64,000 bases of DNA, from assembly GCF_055900595.2 (NCBI RefSeq), contig NZ_CM148325.1; one strand, given 5' to 3'. The translations under genes were made by a program, and so were the position numbers. This document shows, in pieces, positions 16,877-31,763 of this stretch (the stretch's first letter is position 1; every line of letters starts with the position of its first letter). Under the pieces are notes generated by a model, which was not told the DNA's origin, ran no database searches, and saw only the letters and a program-made list of their open reading frames with translations.

Positions 16877-18206
16877 TCGTAAATATTTCGGTACCGATGG
16901 GATTCGTGGTCGTGTAGGGGATGCGCCGATCACCCCTGATTTTGTACTTAAGTTGGGTTGGGCCGCCGGTAAAGTGCTGGCGCGCCACGGCTCGCGTAAG
17001 ATCATTATTGGTAAAGACACGCGTATTTCTGGCTATATGCTGGAGTCAGCACTGGAAGCGGGTCTGGCGGCTGCGGGCCTTTCCGCACTCTTTACAGGCC
17101 CGATGCCTACACCTGCCGTGGCTTATCTGACGCGTACCTTCCGCGCAGAGGCCGGGATTGTAATTTCTGCATCGCATAACCCATTCTACGATAACGGCAT
17201 TAAATTCTTTTCTATTGACGGTACTAAGCTGCCGGATGCAGTTGAAGAAGCCATCGAAGCGGAAATGGAAAAAGAGATCAGCTGTGTTGATTCGGCAGAA
17301 CTGGGTAAAGCCAGCCGTATCGTTGATGCTGCGGGTCGCTATATCGAGTTTTGCAAAGCCACGTTCCCGAACGAACTTAGCCTCAGTGAACTGAAGATTG
17401 TGGTGGATTGCGCAAATGGCGCGACTTATCACATCGCGCCGAACGTACTGCGTGAACTGGGGGCGAACGTTATCGCTATCGGTTGTGAGCCGAACGGCGT
17501 AAACATCAATGCCGAAGTGGGGGCAACTGATGTTCGTGCGTTACAGGCGCGCGTACTGGCTGAAAAAGCAGATCTTGGTATCGCCTTTGACGGTGACGGC
17601 GACCGCGTGATTATGGTTGACCATGAAGGCAATAAAGTCGATGGCGACCAGATTATGTATATCATCGCGCGCGAAGGTCTGCGTCAGGGCCAACTGCGTG
17701 GTGGCGCGGTGGGTACATTGATGAGCAACATGGGGCTGGAACTCGCCCTGAAACAGCTAGGAATTCCGTTTGCTCGTGCGAAAGTGGGCGATCGCTACGT
17801 ACTGGAAAAAATGCAGGAGAAAGGCTGGCGTATCGGTGCAGAGAACTCTGGTCATGTGATCCTGCTGGATAAAACCACAACCGGTGACGGCATCGTTGCT
17901 GGTTTGCAGGTACTGGCGGCGATGGCGCGTAACCATATGAGCCTGCACGACCTTTGCAGTGGTATGAAAATGTTCCCGCAGATTCTGGTTAACGTGCGTT
18001 ACACCGCAGGTAGTGGCGATCCGCTGGAGCATGAATCAGTCAAAGCTGTAACCGCAGAAGTTGAAGCGGCGCTGGGTAGCCGTGGACGTGTGCTGTTGCG
18101 TAAATCCGGCACCGAACCGTTAATTCGCGTGATGGTGGAAGGCGAAGACGAAGCGCAGGTGACTGAATTTGCACACCGCATCGCCGATGCAGTAAAAGCC
18201 GTTTAA
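16869..18206 (+). CDS. glmM: Phosphoglucosamine mutase
   Basis: 445 aa ORF with active-site SASHNP motif; overlaps folP stop by 8 bp. Confidence 0.95.
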   Translation: MSNRKYFGTDGIRGRVGDAPITPDFVLKLGWAAGKVLARHGSRKIIIGKDTRISGYMLESALEAGLAAAGLSALFTGPMPTPAVAYLTRTFRAEAGIVISASHNPFYDNGIKFFSIDGTKLPDAVEEAIEAEMEKEISCVDSAELGKASRIVDAAGRYIEFCKATFPNELSLSELKIVVDCANGATYHIAPNVLRELGANVIAIGCEPNGVNINAEVGATDVRALQARVLAEKADLGIAFDGDGDRVIMVDHEGNKVDGDQIMYIIAREGLRQGQLRGGAVGTLMSNMGLELALKQLGIPFARAKVGDRYVLEKMQEKGWRIGAENSGHVILLDKTTTGDGIVAGLQVLAAMARNHMSLHDLCSGMKMFPQILVNVRYTAGSGDPLEHESVKAVTAEVEAALGSRGRVLLRKSGTEPLIRVMVEGEDEAQVTEFAHRIADAVKAV

Positions 18207-18225
18207 CGCGTTATATAACTGGCTA

Positions 18226-18252
18226 AAAAGGCGGCGATTGTCGCCTTTTTTC
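18226..18252 (+). terminator. Terminator-like hairpin after glmM
   Basis: aaaaaggcggcgattgtcgcctttttt. Confidence 0.5.
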
Positions 18253-18433
18253 TCAGCGAACACATCGGTTTTGCTGTTTTTTTCCGCAGTTGATACAATG
18301 CGATAAAATTGCCCTTGCGAAGGTCATTCGCTTTGGTTAGTATTCACACCCGCTTCAGTGGGAAAGATTAGAAACTCCCGCTTTATTGGTTGAAGCATTG
18401 GTACGCGGCAACTCCGCAAGGAACAGGTTGATT

Positions 18434-18766
18434 ATGTACGAAGCTCTTTTAGTAGTTTTCCTTATTGTGGCAATTGGCCTTGTTGGTCTGATCATGCTGC
18501 AGCAAGGTAAAGGCGCTGATATGGGAGCCTCCTTCGGAGCAGGCGCTTCCGCTACGCTGTTTGGTTCAAGTGGTTCTGGTAACTTCATGACCCGCATGAC
18601 GGCGCTGCTGGCAACGTTATTCTTCATCATCAGTCTGGTGCTGGGTAACATCAATAGCAACAAAACCAATAAAGGTAGCGAATGGGAAAATCTGAGTGCA
18701 CCGGCGAAAACCGAACAAACTCAGCCAGCTGCTCCGGCTAAGCCGACCAGCGATATCCCGAACTAA
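18434..18766 (+). CDS. secG: Protein translocase subunit SecG
   Basis: ATG at 18434 gives MYEALLVVFLIVAIGLVGLIMLQQGKGADMG..., 110 aa. Confidence 0.9.
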   Translation: MYEALLVVFLIVAIGLVGLIMLQQGKGADMGASFGAGASATLFGSSGSGNFMTRMTALLATLFFIISLVLGNINSNKTNKGSEWENLSAPAKTEQTQPAAPAKPTSDIPN

Positions 18767-18780
18767 AAAGTAGTATCCGT

Positions 18781-18867
18781 GCCGAGGTGGTGGAATTGGT
18801 AGACACGCTACCTTGAGGTGGTAGTGCCCAATAGGGCTTACGGGTTCAAGTCCCGTCCTCGGTACCA
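18781..18867 (+). tRNA. leuU: tRNA-Leu (anticodon GAG)
   Basis: GCCGAGGTGGTGGAATTGGTAGACACGCTACCTTGAGGTGG...GGTACCA; cloverleaf with long variable arm; directly downstream of secG. Confidence 0.95.
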
Positions 18868-18876
18868 AATTCCAGA

Positions 18877-18906
18877 AAAGAGACGCTGAAAAGCGTCTTT
18901 TTTTGT
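18877..18906 (+). terminator. Intrinsic terminator after leuU
   Basis: agacgct-gaaa-agcgtct stem followed by a T-run. Confidence 0.6.
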
Positions 18907-19140
18907 TTTATATCCCCGCATTTTATTGGCTGGATAACGAGCCCCCTCAACTCCTCTCTCTTTGCCTCCTGACTCCGCATAAATCCTTCAAAATAAGATC
19001 TGAATCACTTTTGTTTGGTAGAGCATATAAGCTAAGTGTAAACATTTTTTCAAAATGATATAGATCAGGACTTCAGTTTTTCTAATGTATAAAATCGCAC
19101 GCCGTCGATATTTACTCTGTTCTTATCTACGGGTTTGGGG

Positions 19141-20736
19141 ATGGCTGCACATAACGTATTTCGAAAAATTAAAAATAACTGGCTTATAATTTTTTGTGTA
19201 ATTATTTTTTCTCTGATTAATATCATTGCTTCTTCAGGATCACATCTGGTTCATCGAACACTTTTCTTTGTGCTTTTTATCCTTGTTATAAAACGCACAG
19301 CGTCTTTCCCTTTACGTTTATTATTTGGTATCCCAGTTATGCTGTTGGCTGCTGCGGATCTCTGCATCAGCCTCTATGCATGGTGTACCTTCGGCACCAG
19401 TTTCAATGATGGCTTTGCGATAAGCGTTTTACAAAGTGATCCAGATGAGATTACAAAGATGCTGGGGCTTTATATTGTTTATTGCATTATTTTCCTTGCC
19501 CTGTTCGCACTCTTTTTATCCTCGGTAATAAAATATGATGTTTCGCTACCGGGAAAAAAAATCACAGTGACGTTGTTGCTGATTCTGATTGCGATAAGCT
19601 TATTTTCTTCAGTCAAGTTTGCCCTTAAAGATAAAAAAACAAAGAAAACGGTAGATCCTTATATTGTGGCATCCCGATTCGCAACATATACACCATTTTT
19701 CAACTTAAATTATTTCGCTTTAGCCGCAAAGGAATACCACAGGCTGATGGCCATTGCTGACAAAGTGCCAGGCTATCAATTAGAACTAAGCGATAATGGC
19801 ATCGATGATTATGTATTAATTGTAGGGGAGTCAGTAAGGGCCTCGAATATGTCCATCTATGGGCATAACAGATCGACAACGCCACAGCTCGAAAAACAGA
19901 AGGAGCGTATTAAGCTTTTTACTCAGGCGATAAGCGGAGCGCCTTATACTGCGTTAGCCGTTCCTCTTACTTTAACTGTGGATACTGTATTTGATCACGA
20001 TATCCAGCATTACCCTGACAACATCATTAATATGGCTAATCAGGCTGGGTTTGACACATACTGGCTTAGTGCTCAAGCTGCATTCAGACAGAACGGGACT
20101 GCTGTTGCCAGTATTGCGATGCGAGCGAAAGAAAGAGTCTATGTCAGAGGATATGACGAATTGTTGCTTCCGCATCTGGCTGAGGCATTAAATAAAAAAT
20201 CGCCAAATAAGAAACTGATTGTTCTCCATCTGGTTGGCAGTCATGAACCTGTTTGCGCCACATATCCAGAAGCCAAAGCTGTGTATTATCCATTGGATAA
20301 TCAGGATGCCTGTTATGACAACTCAATTCATTACACCGATAGCATTTTAGGGCAGGTCTTTGCGCTGCTTAAAAATAAGCGAGCCTCGGTTATGTATTTT
20401 GCTGACCATGGGCTTGAACGCGATCCAACGGCAAAACATAGCTATTTCCACGGTGGGAAGAAACCTAGTCAGGAAGCTTATCATGTACCGATGTTTATCT
20501 GGTACAGCCCAATGCTCGGTGAGAACGTTGATCGTTCGACAGTAACTGATATTTTTTCCACTGCTTATAACGACTATCTTATCAATGCGTGGATGGGAGT
20601 TACCCGACCAGAACAACCTAAAACACTTAAAGACGTGATCTCTCACTATCAGGGGGAATCGCGGGTTATTGACGGAAGCCATGAAATGTTTGATTACCGG
20701 GAACTAAGACGAAATTTTAATGCGGACAAGCAGTAA
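19141..20736 (+). CDS. yhbX: Putative phosphoethanolamine transferase-like inner membrane sulfatase-family protein YhbX
   Basis: About 531 aa ORF with hydrophobic N-terminal half and sulfatase/EptA-like C-terminal half; position between leuU and argG matches yhbX; start uncertain (ATG 19141 or TTG 19135); visibly AT-rich. Confidence 0.8.
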   Translation: MAAHNVFRKIKNNWLIIFCVIIFSLINIIASSGSHLVHRTLFFVLFILVIKRTASFPLRLLFGIPVMLLAAADLCISLYAWCTFGTSFNDGFAISVLQSDPDEITKMLGLYIVYCIIFLALFALFLSSVIKYDVSLPGKKITVTLLLILIAISLFSSVKFALKDKKTKKTVDPYIVASRFATYTPFFNLNYFALAAKEYHRLMAIADKVPGYQLELSDNGIDDYVLIVGESVRASNMSIYGHNRSTTPQLEKQKERIKLFTQAISGAPYTALAVPLTLTVDTVFDHDIQHYPDNIINMANQAGFDTYWLSAQAAFRQNGTAVASIAMRAKERVYVRGYDELLLPHLAEALNKKSPNKKLIVLHLVGSHEPVCATYPEAKAVYYPLDNQDACYDNSIHYTDSILGQVFALLKNKRASVMYFADHGLERDPTAKHSYFHGGKKPSQEAYHVPMFIWYSPMLGENVDRSTVTDIFSTAYNDYLINAWMGVTRPEQPKTLKDVISHYQGESRVIDGSHEMFDYRELRRNFNADKQ

Positions 20737-20741
20737 CTGAA

Positions 20742-20767
20742 TGACCCTGCCCATAAAAGGGCAGGGA
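20742..20767. terminator. Terminator-like hairpin between convergent yhbX and argG
   Basis: ccctgccc-ataaaa-gggcaggg. Confidence 0.5.
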
Positions 20768-20779
20768 AAAATTGAGGTT

Positions 20780-22138
<1,359 letters not shown>

Positions 22139-22173
22139 TTAATTAACTGATGATGAGCCTGGATTTCCGCTCT

Positions 22174-22213
22174 CACTGAATTTTTATGCAAAATAAATGA
22201 GTTTTAATTTAAT
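22174..22213 (-). promoter_or_regulatory. Candidate tandem ArgR (ARG box) operators upstream of argG
   Basis: cacTGAATttttATgCAaa and following AT-rich TGAAT/ATTCA-like motif, 50-90 bp upstream of argG start. Confidence 0.4.
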
Positions 22214-22348
22214 CATCTTTTATCGATGACAGGAAGAGTTTAGTGTGTTTTTTGTAAAATAATGCGCTTAAGGAGGAGCAGTAGAGGGCAAAAGTATTCG
22301 ACAAACGAAAGTGAACTGGATATTCATTCACGCGATTAGCAATAAATG

Positions 22349-22378
22349 TTGACAAAATGTGGCGTGGATCACTATAAT
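22349..22378 (+). promoter_or_regulatory. Near-consensus sigma-70 promoter upstream of metY
   Basis: TTGACA at 22349-22354, 18 bp spacer, TATAAT at 22373-22378; about 95 bp upstream of tRNA. Confidence 0.5.
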
Positions 22379-22470
22379 GACTGCAGATTTTACGTCCCGT
22401 CTCGGTACACCAAATCCCAGCAGTATTTGCATTTTTTACCCAAAACGAGTAGAATTTGCCACGTTTCAGG

Positions 22471-22547
<77 letters not shown>

Positions 22548-22669
22548 CTTTCCCTTAGAGTCCTTTTTCAAATATACTGTGAAGACTTCGGCCTTCGTAG
22601 TGGGATTTGAAAAAATCCTTCTGGAAAGTGCTCCAGACCGCAGTTGCGGTTATAGGGTTCAGTTATATA

Positions 22670-22694
22670 AAGCCCCGATTTATCGGGGTTTTTT
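22670..22694 (+). terminator. Terminator/attenuator-like hairpin between metY and rimP
   Basis: aaagccccgatt-tatcggggtttttt. Confidence 0.5.
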
Positions 22695-22753
22695 GTTATC
22701 TGACTACAGAATAACTGGGCTTTAGGCCCTTTTTTTATGTCTTGGGGGTGGGC

Positions 22754-23206
22754 TTGTCCACATTAGAGCAAAAATTAACAGAGATGATTACTGCGCCAGT
22801 TGAGGCCCTGGGTTTTGAACTGGTTGGCATCGAGTTTATTCGCGGTCGCACATCCACACTGCGCATCTATATTGATAGTGAAGATGGCATCAATGTTGAT
22901 GATTGTGCTGATGTGAGCCACCAGGTAAGTGCTGTGCTGGATGTCGAAGATCCCATCACCGTTGCTTATAACCTGGAAGTCTCCTCACCGGGTCTCGATC
23001 GCCCACTGTTCACGGCTGAACACTACGCCCGTTTCGTCGGAGAAGAGGTGACTCTGGTTCTCCGTATGGCGGTACAAAACCGTCGTAAATGGCAGGGCGT
23101 TATCAAAGCGGTAGACGGTGAAATGATCACAGTTACCGTCGAAGGTAAAGATGAAGTGTTCGCGCTGAGTAATATCCAGAAGGCGAACCTGGTTCCCCAC
23201 TTTTAA
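22754..23206 (+). CDS. rimP: Ribosome maturation factor RimP
   Basis: 150 aa from TTG at 22754 ([15 protein letters not shown]...); start codon choice uncertain (GTG 22748 also possible). Confidence 0.8.
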
Positions 23207-23233
23207 TAGTCTGGATGAGGTGAAAAGCCCGCG

Positions 23234-24721
<1,488 letters not shown>

Positions 24722-24745
24722 TAAACTGTAGCAGGAAGGAACAGC

Positions 24746-27418
24746 ATGACAGATGTAACGATTAAAACGCTGGCCGCAGAGCGACAGACCTCCGTGGAAC
24801 GCCTGGTACAGCAATTTGCTGATGCAGGTATCCGGAAGTCTGCTGACGACTCTGTGTCCGCACAAGAGAAACAGACTTTAATTGACCACCTGAATCAGAA
24901 AAATTCAGGCCCGGACAAATTAACGCTGCAACGTAAAACCCGCAGCACCCTTAACATTCCTGGTACCGGTGGAAAAAGCAAATCGGTACAAATCGAAGTC
25001 CGCAAGAAACGCACCTTTGTGAAACGCGATCCGCAAGAGGCTGAACGCCTTGCTGCGGAAGAGCAGGCGCAGCGTGAAGCGGAAGAGCAAGCCCGTCGTG
25101 AGGCAGAAGAATCGGCCAAACGCGAGGCGCAACAAAAAGCTGAACGTGAGGCCGCAGAACAAGCTAAGCGTGAAGCCGCTGAACAAGCGAAACGTGAAGC
25201 TGCGGAAAAAGACAAAGTGAGCAATCAACAAGACGATATGACTAAAAACGCCCAGGCTGAAAAAGCCCGCCGTGAGCAGGAAGCTGCAGAGCTCAAGCGT
25301 AAAGCTGAAGAAGAAGCGCGTCGTAAACTCGAAGAAGAAGCACGTCGCGTTGCTGAAGAAGCACGTCGTATGGCGGAAGAAAACAAATGGACTGATAACG
25401 CGGAACCGACTGAAGATTCCAGCGATTATCACGTTACTACTTCTCAACATGCTCGCCAGGCAGAAGACGAAAGCGATCGTGAAGTCGAAGGCGGCCGTGG
25501 CCGTGGTCGTAACGCGAAAGCAGCGCGTCCGAAGAAAGGCAACAAACACTCTGAATCAAAAGCTGATCGTGAAGAAGCACGCGCAGCAGTACGTGGCGGT
25601 AAAGGCGGGAAACGTAAAGGTTCTTCGCTGCAGCAAGGCTTCCAGAAGCCAGCTCAGGCCGTTAACCGTGACGTTGTGATTGGCGAAACCATCACCGTTG
25701 GCGAACTGGCGAACAAGATGGCGGTTAAAGGTTCTCAGGTCATCAAAGCGATGATGAAACTGGGCGCAATGGCAACCATCAACCAGGTTATCGATCAGGA
25801 AACCGCACAGCTGGTTGCTGAAGAGATGGGCCACAAAGTTATCCTGCGTCGTGAAAACGAGCTGGAAGAAGCGGTAATGAGCGACCGTGACACGGGTGCT
25901 GCGGCTGAACCGCGCGCGCCGGTTGTGACCATCATGGGTCACGTTGACCACGGTAAAACCTCTTTGCTGGACTACATTCGTTCAACGAAAGTGGCCTCTG
26001 GCGAAGCGGGCGGCATTACCCAGCACATTGGTGCATACCACGTTGAAACTGAAAACGGCATGATCACCTTCCTGGACACCCCGGGGCACGCCGCGTTTAC
26101 TTCAATGCGTGCACGTGGTGCGCAGGCAACGGACATCGTAGTCCTGGTTGTTGCTGCCGACGACGGCGTAATGCCGCAGACCATCGAAGCAATTCAGCAC
26201 GCGAAAGCGGCAGGCGTGCCGGTTGTGGTTGCAGTGAACAAGATCGACAAACCAGAAGCCGATCCAGATCGCGTTAAGAACGAACTCTCTCAGTACGGCA
26301 TCCTGCCGGAAGAGTGGGGCGGTGAAAGCCAGTTCGTACACGTGTCTGCGAAAGCAGGTACCGGTATCGATGAACTGCTGGACGCTATCCTGTTGCAGGC
26401 AGAAGTTCTGGAACTGAAAGCGGTACGTAAAGGTATGGCGAGCGGTGCGGTTATCGAATCCTTCCTCGATAAAGGTCGTGGTCCGGTTGCTACTGTTCTG
26501 GTACGTGAAGGTACTCTGCACAAGGGCGACATCGTTCTGTGTGGTTTCGAATACGGTCGTGTTCGCGCAATGCGTAACGAAATGGGTCAGGAAGTGCTGG
26601 AAGCAGGTCCGTCCATTCCAGTTGAAATCCTTGGCTTGTCCGGTGTTCCGGCAGCGGGTGACGAAGTTACCGTAGTGCGTGACGAGAAGAAAGCACGTGA
26701 AGTTGCACTGTATCGTCAGGGCAAATTCCGTGAAGTTAAACTGGCACGTCAGCAGAAATCGAAACTCGAGAACATGTTCGCCAACATGACCGAAGGCGAA
26801 GTTCACGAAGTGAACATCGTTCTGAAGGCAGACGTTCAGGGTTCCGTGGAAGCGATCTCCGACTCCTTGCTGAAACTGTCTACTGACGAAGTTAAAGTGA
26901 AGATTATCGGTTCTGGCGTAGGTGGTATCACCGAAACCGACGCTACCCTGGCTGCGGCGTCCAACGCCATCCTGGTTGGCTTCAACGTACGTGCTGATGC
27001 CTCTGCACGTAAAGTGATTGAAGCGGAAAGCCTGGATCTGCGTTACTACTCCGTCATCTATAACCTGATCGACGAAGTGAAAGCGGCGATGAGCGGTATG
27101 CTGTCTCCGGAACTGAAACAGCAGATTATCGGTCTGGCGGAAGTTCGTGATGTGTTCAAATCACCGAAATTTGGTGCCATCGCAGGTTGTATGGTTACTG
27201 AAGGTGTGGTTAAACGTCACAACCCGATCCGCGTTCTGCGCGACAACGTGGTTATCTACGAAGGCGAGCTGGAGTCCCTGCGCCGCTTCAAAGATGACGT
27301 TAACGAAGTCCGTAACGGTATGGAATGTGGTATCGGCGTTAAGAACTACAACGACGTCCGCACTGGCGATGTGATCGAAGTATTCGAAATCATCGAGATC
27401 CAACGTACCATCGCTTAA
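24746..27418 (+). CDS. infB: Translation initiation factor IF-2
   Basis: 890 aa ORF with E/A/R/K-rich N-terminal region and GTPase motifs ([18 protein letters not shown]). Confidence 0.95.
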   Translation: MTDVTIKTLAAERQTSVERLVQQFADAGIRKSADDSVSAQEKQTLIDHLNQKNSGPDKLTLQRKTRSTLNIPGTGGKSKSVQIEVRKKRTFVKRDPQEAERLAAEEQAQREAEEQARREAEESAKREAQQKAEREAAEQAKREAAEQAKREAAEKDKVSNQQDDMTKNAQAEKARREQEAAELKRKAEEEARRKLEEEARRVAEEARRMAEENKWTDNAEPTEDSSDYHVTTSQHARQAEDESDREVEGGRGRGRNAKAARPKKGNKHSESKADREEARAAVRGGKGGKRKGSSLQQGFQKPAQAVNRDVVIGETITVGELANKMAVKGSQVIKAMMKLGAMATINQVIDQETAQLVAEEMGHKVILRRENELEEAVMSDRDTGAAAEPRAPVVTIMGHVDHGKTSLLDYIRSTKVASGEAGGITQHIGAYHVETENGMITFLDTPGHAAFTSMRARGAQATDIVVLVVAADDGVMPQTIEAIQHAKAAGVPVVVAVNKIDKPEADPDRVKNELSQYGILPEEWGGESQFVHVSAKAGTGIDELLDAILLQAEVLELKAVRKGMASGAVIESFLDKGRGPVATVLVREGTLHKGDIVLCGFEYGRVRAMRNEMGQEVLEAGPSIPVEILGLSGVPAAGDEVTVVRDEKKAREVALYRQGKFREVKLARQQKSKLENMFANMTEGEVHEVNIVLKADVQGSVEAISDSLLKLSTDEVKVKIIGSGVGGITETDATLAAASNAILVGFNVRADASARKVIEAESLDLRYYSVIYNLIDEVKAAMSGMLSPELKQQIIGLAEVRDVFKSPKFGAIAGCMVTEGVVKRHNPIRVLRDNVVIYEGELESLRRFKDDVNEVRNGMECGIGVKNYNDVRTGDVIEVFEIIEIQRTIA

Positions 27419-27435
27419 GGTTTTTAGGGTTCTAT

Positions 27436-27510
27436 GCGGGATAAGGCGTTTACGCCGCATCCGGCATGGATTGCCTGATGCGACGCTGGCGCATCTTATC
27501 AGGCTACGTG
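27436..27510. repeat. REP (repetitive extragenic palindrome) elements between infB and rbfA
   Basis: gcgggataaggcgtttacgccgcatccggc... and ...gcctgatgcgacgctggcgcatcttatcaggc, typical REP sequence. Confidence 0.55.
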
Positions 27511-27580
27511 AACAGCCCTTCCACCTGAAATTAATTTTAAAAAGGGGCTAACAGCCCCTTTTTTGTCAGGAGAATTTATT

Positions 27581-27982
27581 ATGGCGAAAGAATTTGGTCG
27601 CCCGCAGCGCGTAGCGCAGGAAATGCAAAAAGAGATCGCTCTCATCCTGCAACGCGAAATTAAAGATCCTCGTCTGGGCATGATGACCACCGTTTCCGGT
27701 GTCGAAATGTCTCGTGACCTGGCGTATGCAAAAGTATATGTGACGTTCCTTAACGACAAAGATGAAGATGCGGTTAAAGCGGGCATCAAAGCGTTACAAG
27801 AAGCCTCTGGTTTCATCCGCAGCCTGCTGGGGAAAGCGATGCGCCTGCGTATCGTGCCGGAACTGACCTTCTTCTACGACAACTCGCTGGTTGAAGGGAT
27901 GCGTATGTCAAACCTGGTGACCAGCGTGGTCAAACATGACGAAGAACGTCGTGTTAATCCGGACGACAGCAAGGAGGACTAA
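27581..27982 (+). CDS. rbfA: Ribosome-binding factor A
   Basis: ATG at 27581 gives [20 protein letters not shown]..., 133 aa. Confidence 0.9.
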
Positions 27983-28926
27983 TGAGTCGTCCTCGTCGTC
28001 GCGGTCGCGACATTAACGGCGTTTTGTTGCTGGATAAACCACAGGGTATGTCCAGCAACGATGCGCTGCAAAAAGTGAAACGGATTTATAACGCCAACCG
28101 TGCCGGACACACTGGCGCGCTGGATCCGCTGGCGACCGGCATGCTGCCGATTTGCCTCGGGGAAGCCACCAAGTTTTCCCAGTATCTGCTGGACTCCGAC
28201 AAACGCTATCGGGTGATTGCGCGTCTTGGACAGCGTACCGATACTTCTGATGCCGACGGACAAATCGTTGAAGAACGTCCGGTAACCTTTAGTGCAGAGC
28301 AACTGGCGGCGGCACTGGATACTTTCCGTGGTGATATCGAACAGATCCCATCGATGTATTCAGCACTGAAATACCAGGGCAAAAAACTGTACGAATATGC
28401 GCGTCAGGGAATTGAAGTCCCGCGTGAAGCACGCCCGATTACCGTTTATGAATTGCTGTTTATTCGCCACGAAGGCAATGAACTGGAGCTGGAAATTCAC
28501 TGCTCAAAAGGCACCTATATCCGCACTATCATTGACGATCTCGGCGAAAAACTCGGCTGTGGCGCGCATGTTATTTACCTGCGTCGCCTGGCTGTAAGTA
28601 AATATCCGGTTGAACGGATGGTGACTCTGGAACATCTGCGTGAACTGGTTGAGCAAGCCGAGCAGCAGGATATTCCGGCAGCGAAGTTACTTGATCCATT
28701 ACTGATGCCAATGGACAGTCCAGCTTCGGACTATCCGGTGGTGAATCTTCCGTTAACGTCTTCTGTTTACTTCAAAAATGGTAACCCGGTTCGTACATCC
28801 GGTGCGCCGCTGGAAGGACTGGTTCGCGTTACAGAAGGTGAGAATGGCAAGTTTATCGGTATGGGCGAAATTGACGATGAAGGCCGCGTTGCGCCTCGTC
28901 GCCTGGTGGTTGAATACCCGGCGTAA
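27982..28926 (+). CDS. truB: tRNA pseudouridine-55 synthase
   Basis: 314 aa ORF with catalytic [12 protein letters not shown] motif. Confidence 0.95.
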   Translation: MSRPRRRGRDINGVLLLDKPQGMSSNDALQKVKRIYNANRAGHTGALDPLATGMLPICLGEATKFSQYLLDSDKRYRVIARLGQRTDTSDADGQIVEERPVTFSAEQLAAALDTFRGDIEQIPSMYSALKYQGKKLYEYARQGIEVPREARPITVYELLFIRHEGNELELEIHCSKGTYIRTIIDDLGEKLGCGAHVIYLRRLAVSKYPVERMVTLEHLRELVEQAEQQDIPAAKLLDPLLMPMDSPASDYPVVNLPLTSSVYFKNGNPVRTSGAPLEGLVRVTEGENGKFIGMGEIDDEGRVAPRRLVVEYPA

Positions 28927-28978
28927 TGTTAACCGTCTTGCGATAACAAGTCGCTACGAGTAGAATACTGCCGCTTAA

Positions 28979-29344
<366 letters not shown>

Positions 29345-29360
29345 TTCTTGCGAGTTTCAG

Positions 29361-29387
29361 AAAAGGGGCCTGAGTGGCCCCTTTTTT
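29361..29387 (+). terminator. rpsO intrinsic terminator hairpin
   Basis: aaaaggggcc-tgag-tggcccctttttt. Confidence 0.65.
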
Positions 29388-29589
29388 CAAACTGACGGCA
29401 GCAATTCACTGGAAACTAATGTATTGTTGCTATGAATGATCTTCCGTTGCAGAGGTTCGCGCGGCTAATGAGAGGCTTTACCCACATTGGGCTGGGTTAG
29501 GGTTGTCATTAGTCGCGAGGATGCGCAGAAGATCGGGTATTAACACCAGTGCCGTAAGGTGCTGTCTAAGAAAGAGAAAGGATATTACA

Positions 29590-31725
29590 TTGCTTAATCC
29601 GATCGTTCGTAAATTCCAGTACGGCCAACACACCGTGACTCTGGAAACCGGCATGATGGCTCGTCAGGCTACTGCCGCTGTTATGGTTAGCATGGATGAC
29701 ACCGCGGTATTCGTTACCGTTGTTGGTCAGAAAAAAGCCAAACCAGGTCAGGACTTCTTCCCGCTGACCGTTAACTATCAGGAGCGTACCTACGCTGCTG
29801 GTCGTATCCCGGGTAGCTTCTTCCGTCGTGAAGGCCGCCCAAGCGAAGGCGAAACGCTGATCGCGCGTCTGATTGACCGCCCGATTCGCCCGCTGTTCCC
29901 GGAAGGTTTCGTCAACGAAGTTCAGGTTATCGCCACCGTGGTTTCTGTTAACCCGCAGGTTAACCCGGATATCGTCGCGATGATTGGTGCTTCTGCTGCG
30001 CTGTCTCTGTCTGGTATTCCGTTCAATGGTCCGATTGGTGCTGCCCGCGTAGGTTACATCAATGACCAGTACGTACTGAACCCGACTCAGGACGAGCTGA
30101 AAGAGAGCAAACTGGACCTGGTTGTTGCCGGTACAGAAGCTGCCGTGCTGATGGTTGAATCTGAAGCTGAACTGCTGAGCGAAGACCAGATGCTGGGCGC
30201 AGTGGTGTTCGGTCATGAACAACAGCAGGTTGTTATTCAGAACATCAATGAACTGGTGAAAGAAGCCGGTAAACCGCGTTGGGATTGGCAGCCGGAGCCG
30301 GTAAACGAAGCGCTGAACGCGCGCGTTGCTGCGCTGGCTGAAGCTCGTCTGAGCGATGCTTATCGCATTACCGACAAACAAGAGCGTTATGCGCAGGTTG
30401 ATGTCATCAAATCTGAAACCATCGCGACGCTGCTTGCTGAAGACGAAACCCTGGACGAAAACGAACTGGGTGAAATTCTGCACGCTATCGAGAAAAATGT
30501 TGTTCGTAGCCGCGTACTGGCAGGTGAACCGCGTATCGACGGTCGTGAAAAAGATATGATCCGTGGTCTGGATGTGCGTACTGGCGTGCTGCCGCGTACT
30601 CACGGTTCTGCGTTGTTCACCCGTGGTGAAACGCAGGCACTGGTTACCGCAACGCTGGGTACTGCACGTGACGCACAGGTTCTTGATGAACTGATGGGCG
30701 AACGTACTGACACCTTCCTGTTCCACTACAACTTCCCTCCGTATTCCGTAGGTGAAACTGGCATGGTCGGTTCTCCGAAGCGTCGTGAAATTGGTCACGG
30801 TCGTCTGGCGAAGCGCGGCGTGCTGGCAGTAATGCCGGATATGGACAAATTCCCGTACACCGTACGTGTAGTGTCTGAAATTACCGAATCCAACGGTTCT
30901 TCTTCTATGGCTTCCGTGTGCGGTGCGTCTCTGGCGCTGATGGACGCAGGTGTGCCAATCAAAGCTGCTGTTGCGGGTATCGCAATGGGTCTGGTGAAAG
31001 AAGGCGACAACTACGTTGTACTGTCTGACATTTTGGGCGACGAAGATCACCTGGGCGATATGGACTTCAAAGTTGCGGGGTCCCGCGACGGTATCTCTGC
31101 ACTGCAGATGGATATCAAAATTGAAGGTATCACCAAAGAGATCATGCAGGTTGCGCTGAATCAAGCTAAAGGTGCGCGTCTGCATATCCTGGGCGTCATG
31201 GAGCAGGCGATCAACGCGCCGCGTGGTGATATCTCTGAGTTTGCACCGCGTATCCATACCATCAAGATCAATCCGGACAAGATCAAAGACGTTATCGGTA
31301 AAGGCGGTTCTGTTATCCGTGCCCTGACCGAAGAAACTGGCACTACCATCGAAATCGAAGATGACGGTACTGTGAAGATCGCAGCGACCGACGGCGAGAA
31401 GGCGAAAAACGCTATTCGTCGTATCGAAGAGATCACTGCAGAAATCGAAGTGGGTCGCGTCTACAATGGTAAAGTGACCCGTATCGTTGACTTTGGCGCG
31501 TTTGTTGCCATCGGCGGCGGTAAAGAAGGTCTGGTCCACATCTCTCAAATCGCCGACAAGCGTGTTGAGAAAGTGACCGACTACCTGCAGATGGGTCAGG
31601 AAGTACCGGTGAAAGTTCTGGAAGTCGATCGCCAGGGCCGTATCCGTCTGAGCATTAAAGAAGCGACTGAGCAGTCTCAACCTGCTGCAGCACCGGAAGC
31701 TCCGGCTGCTGAACAGGGCGAGTAA
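29590..31725 (+). CDS. pnp: Polyribonucleotide nucleotidyltransferase (PNPase)
   Basis: 711 aa from TTG at 29590 ([16 protein letters not shown]...); ORF-track start 29503 is an upstream in-frame extension into the leader. Confidence 0.9.
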   Translation: MLNPIVRKFQYGQHTVTLETGMMARQATAAVMVSMDDTAVFVTVVGQKKAKPGQDFFPLTVNYQERTYAAGRIPGSFFRREGRPSEGETLIARLIDRPIRPLFPEGFVNEVQVIATVVSVNPQVNPDIVAMIGASAALSLSGIPFNGPIGAARVGYINDQYVLNPTQDELKESKLDLVVAGTEAAVLMVESEAELLSEDQMLGAVVFGHEQQQVVIQNINELVKEAGKPRWDWQPEPVNEALNARVAALAEARLSDAYRITDKQERYAQVDVIKSETIATLLAEDETLDENELGEILHAIEKNVVRSRVLAGEPRIDGREKDMIRGLDVRTGVLPRTHGSALFTRGETQALVTATLGTARDAQVLDELMGERTDTFLFHYNFPPYSVGETGMVGSPKRREIGHGRLAKRGVLAVMPDMDKFPYTVRVVSEITESNGSSSMASVCGASLALMDAGVPIKAAVAGIAMGLVKEGDNYVVLSDILGDEDHLGDMDFKVAGSRDGISALQMDIKIEGITKEIMQVALNQAKGARLHILGVMEQAINAPRGDISEFAPRIHTIKINPDKIKDVIGKGGSVIRALTEETGTTIEIEDDGTVKIAATDGEKAKNAIRRIEEITAEIEVGRVYNGKVTRIVDFGAFVAIGGGKEGLVHISQIADKRVEKVTDYLQMGQEVPVKVLEVDRQGRIRLSIKEATEQSQPAAAPEAPAAEQGE

Positions 31726-31736
31726 GGTTGCCATTT

Positions 31737-31763
31737 GCCCTCCGCTGCGGCGGGGGGCTTTTA
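31737..31763 (+). terminator. Terminator-like hairpin after pnp
   Basis: gccctccgctgcggcggggggctttt. Confidence 0.5.

Noticed and set aside
29503-29589. ORF-track N-terminal extensions, e.g. pnp 740 aa, deaD 651 aa from 32832, folP 304 aa from 15962, agaD 312 aa from 50131, kbaZ 448 aa from 58920
   Set aside because: The extensions run through terminators, leaders or the preceding gene and begin at TTG/GTG codons; internal starts reproduce the known protein N-termini and sensible gene junctions.
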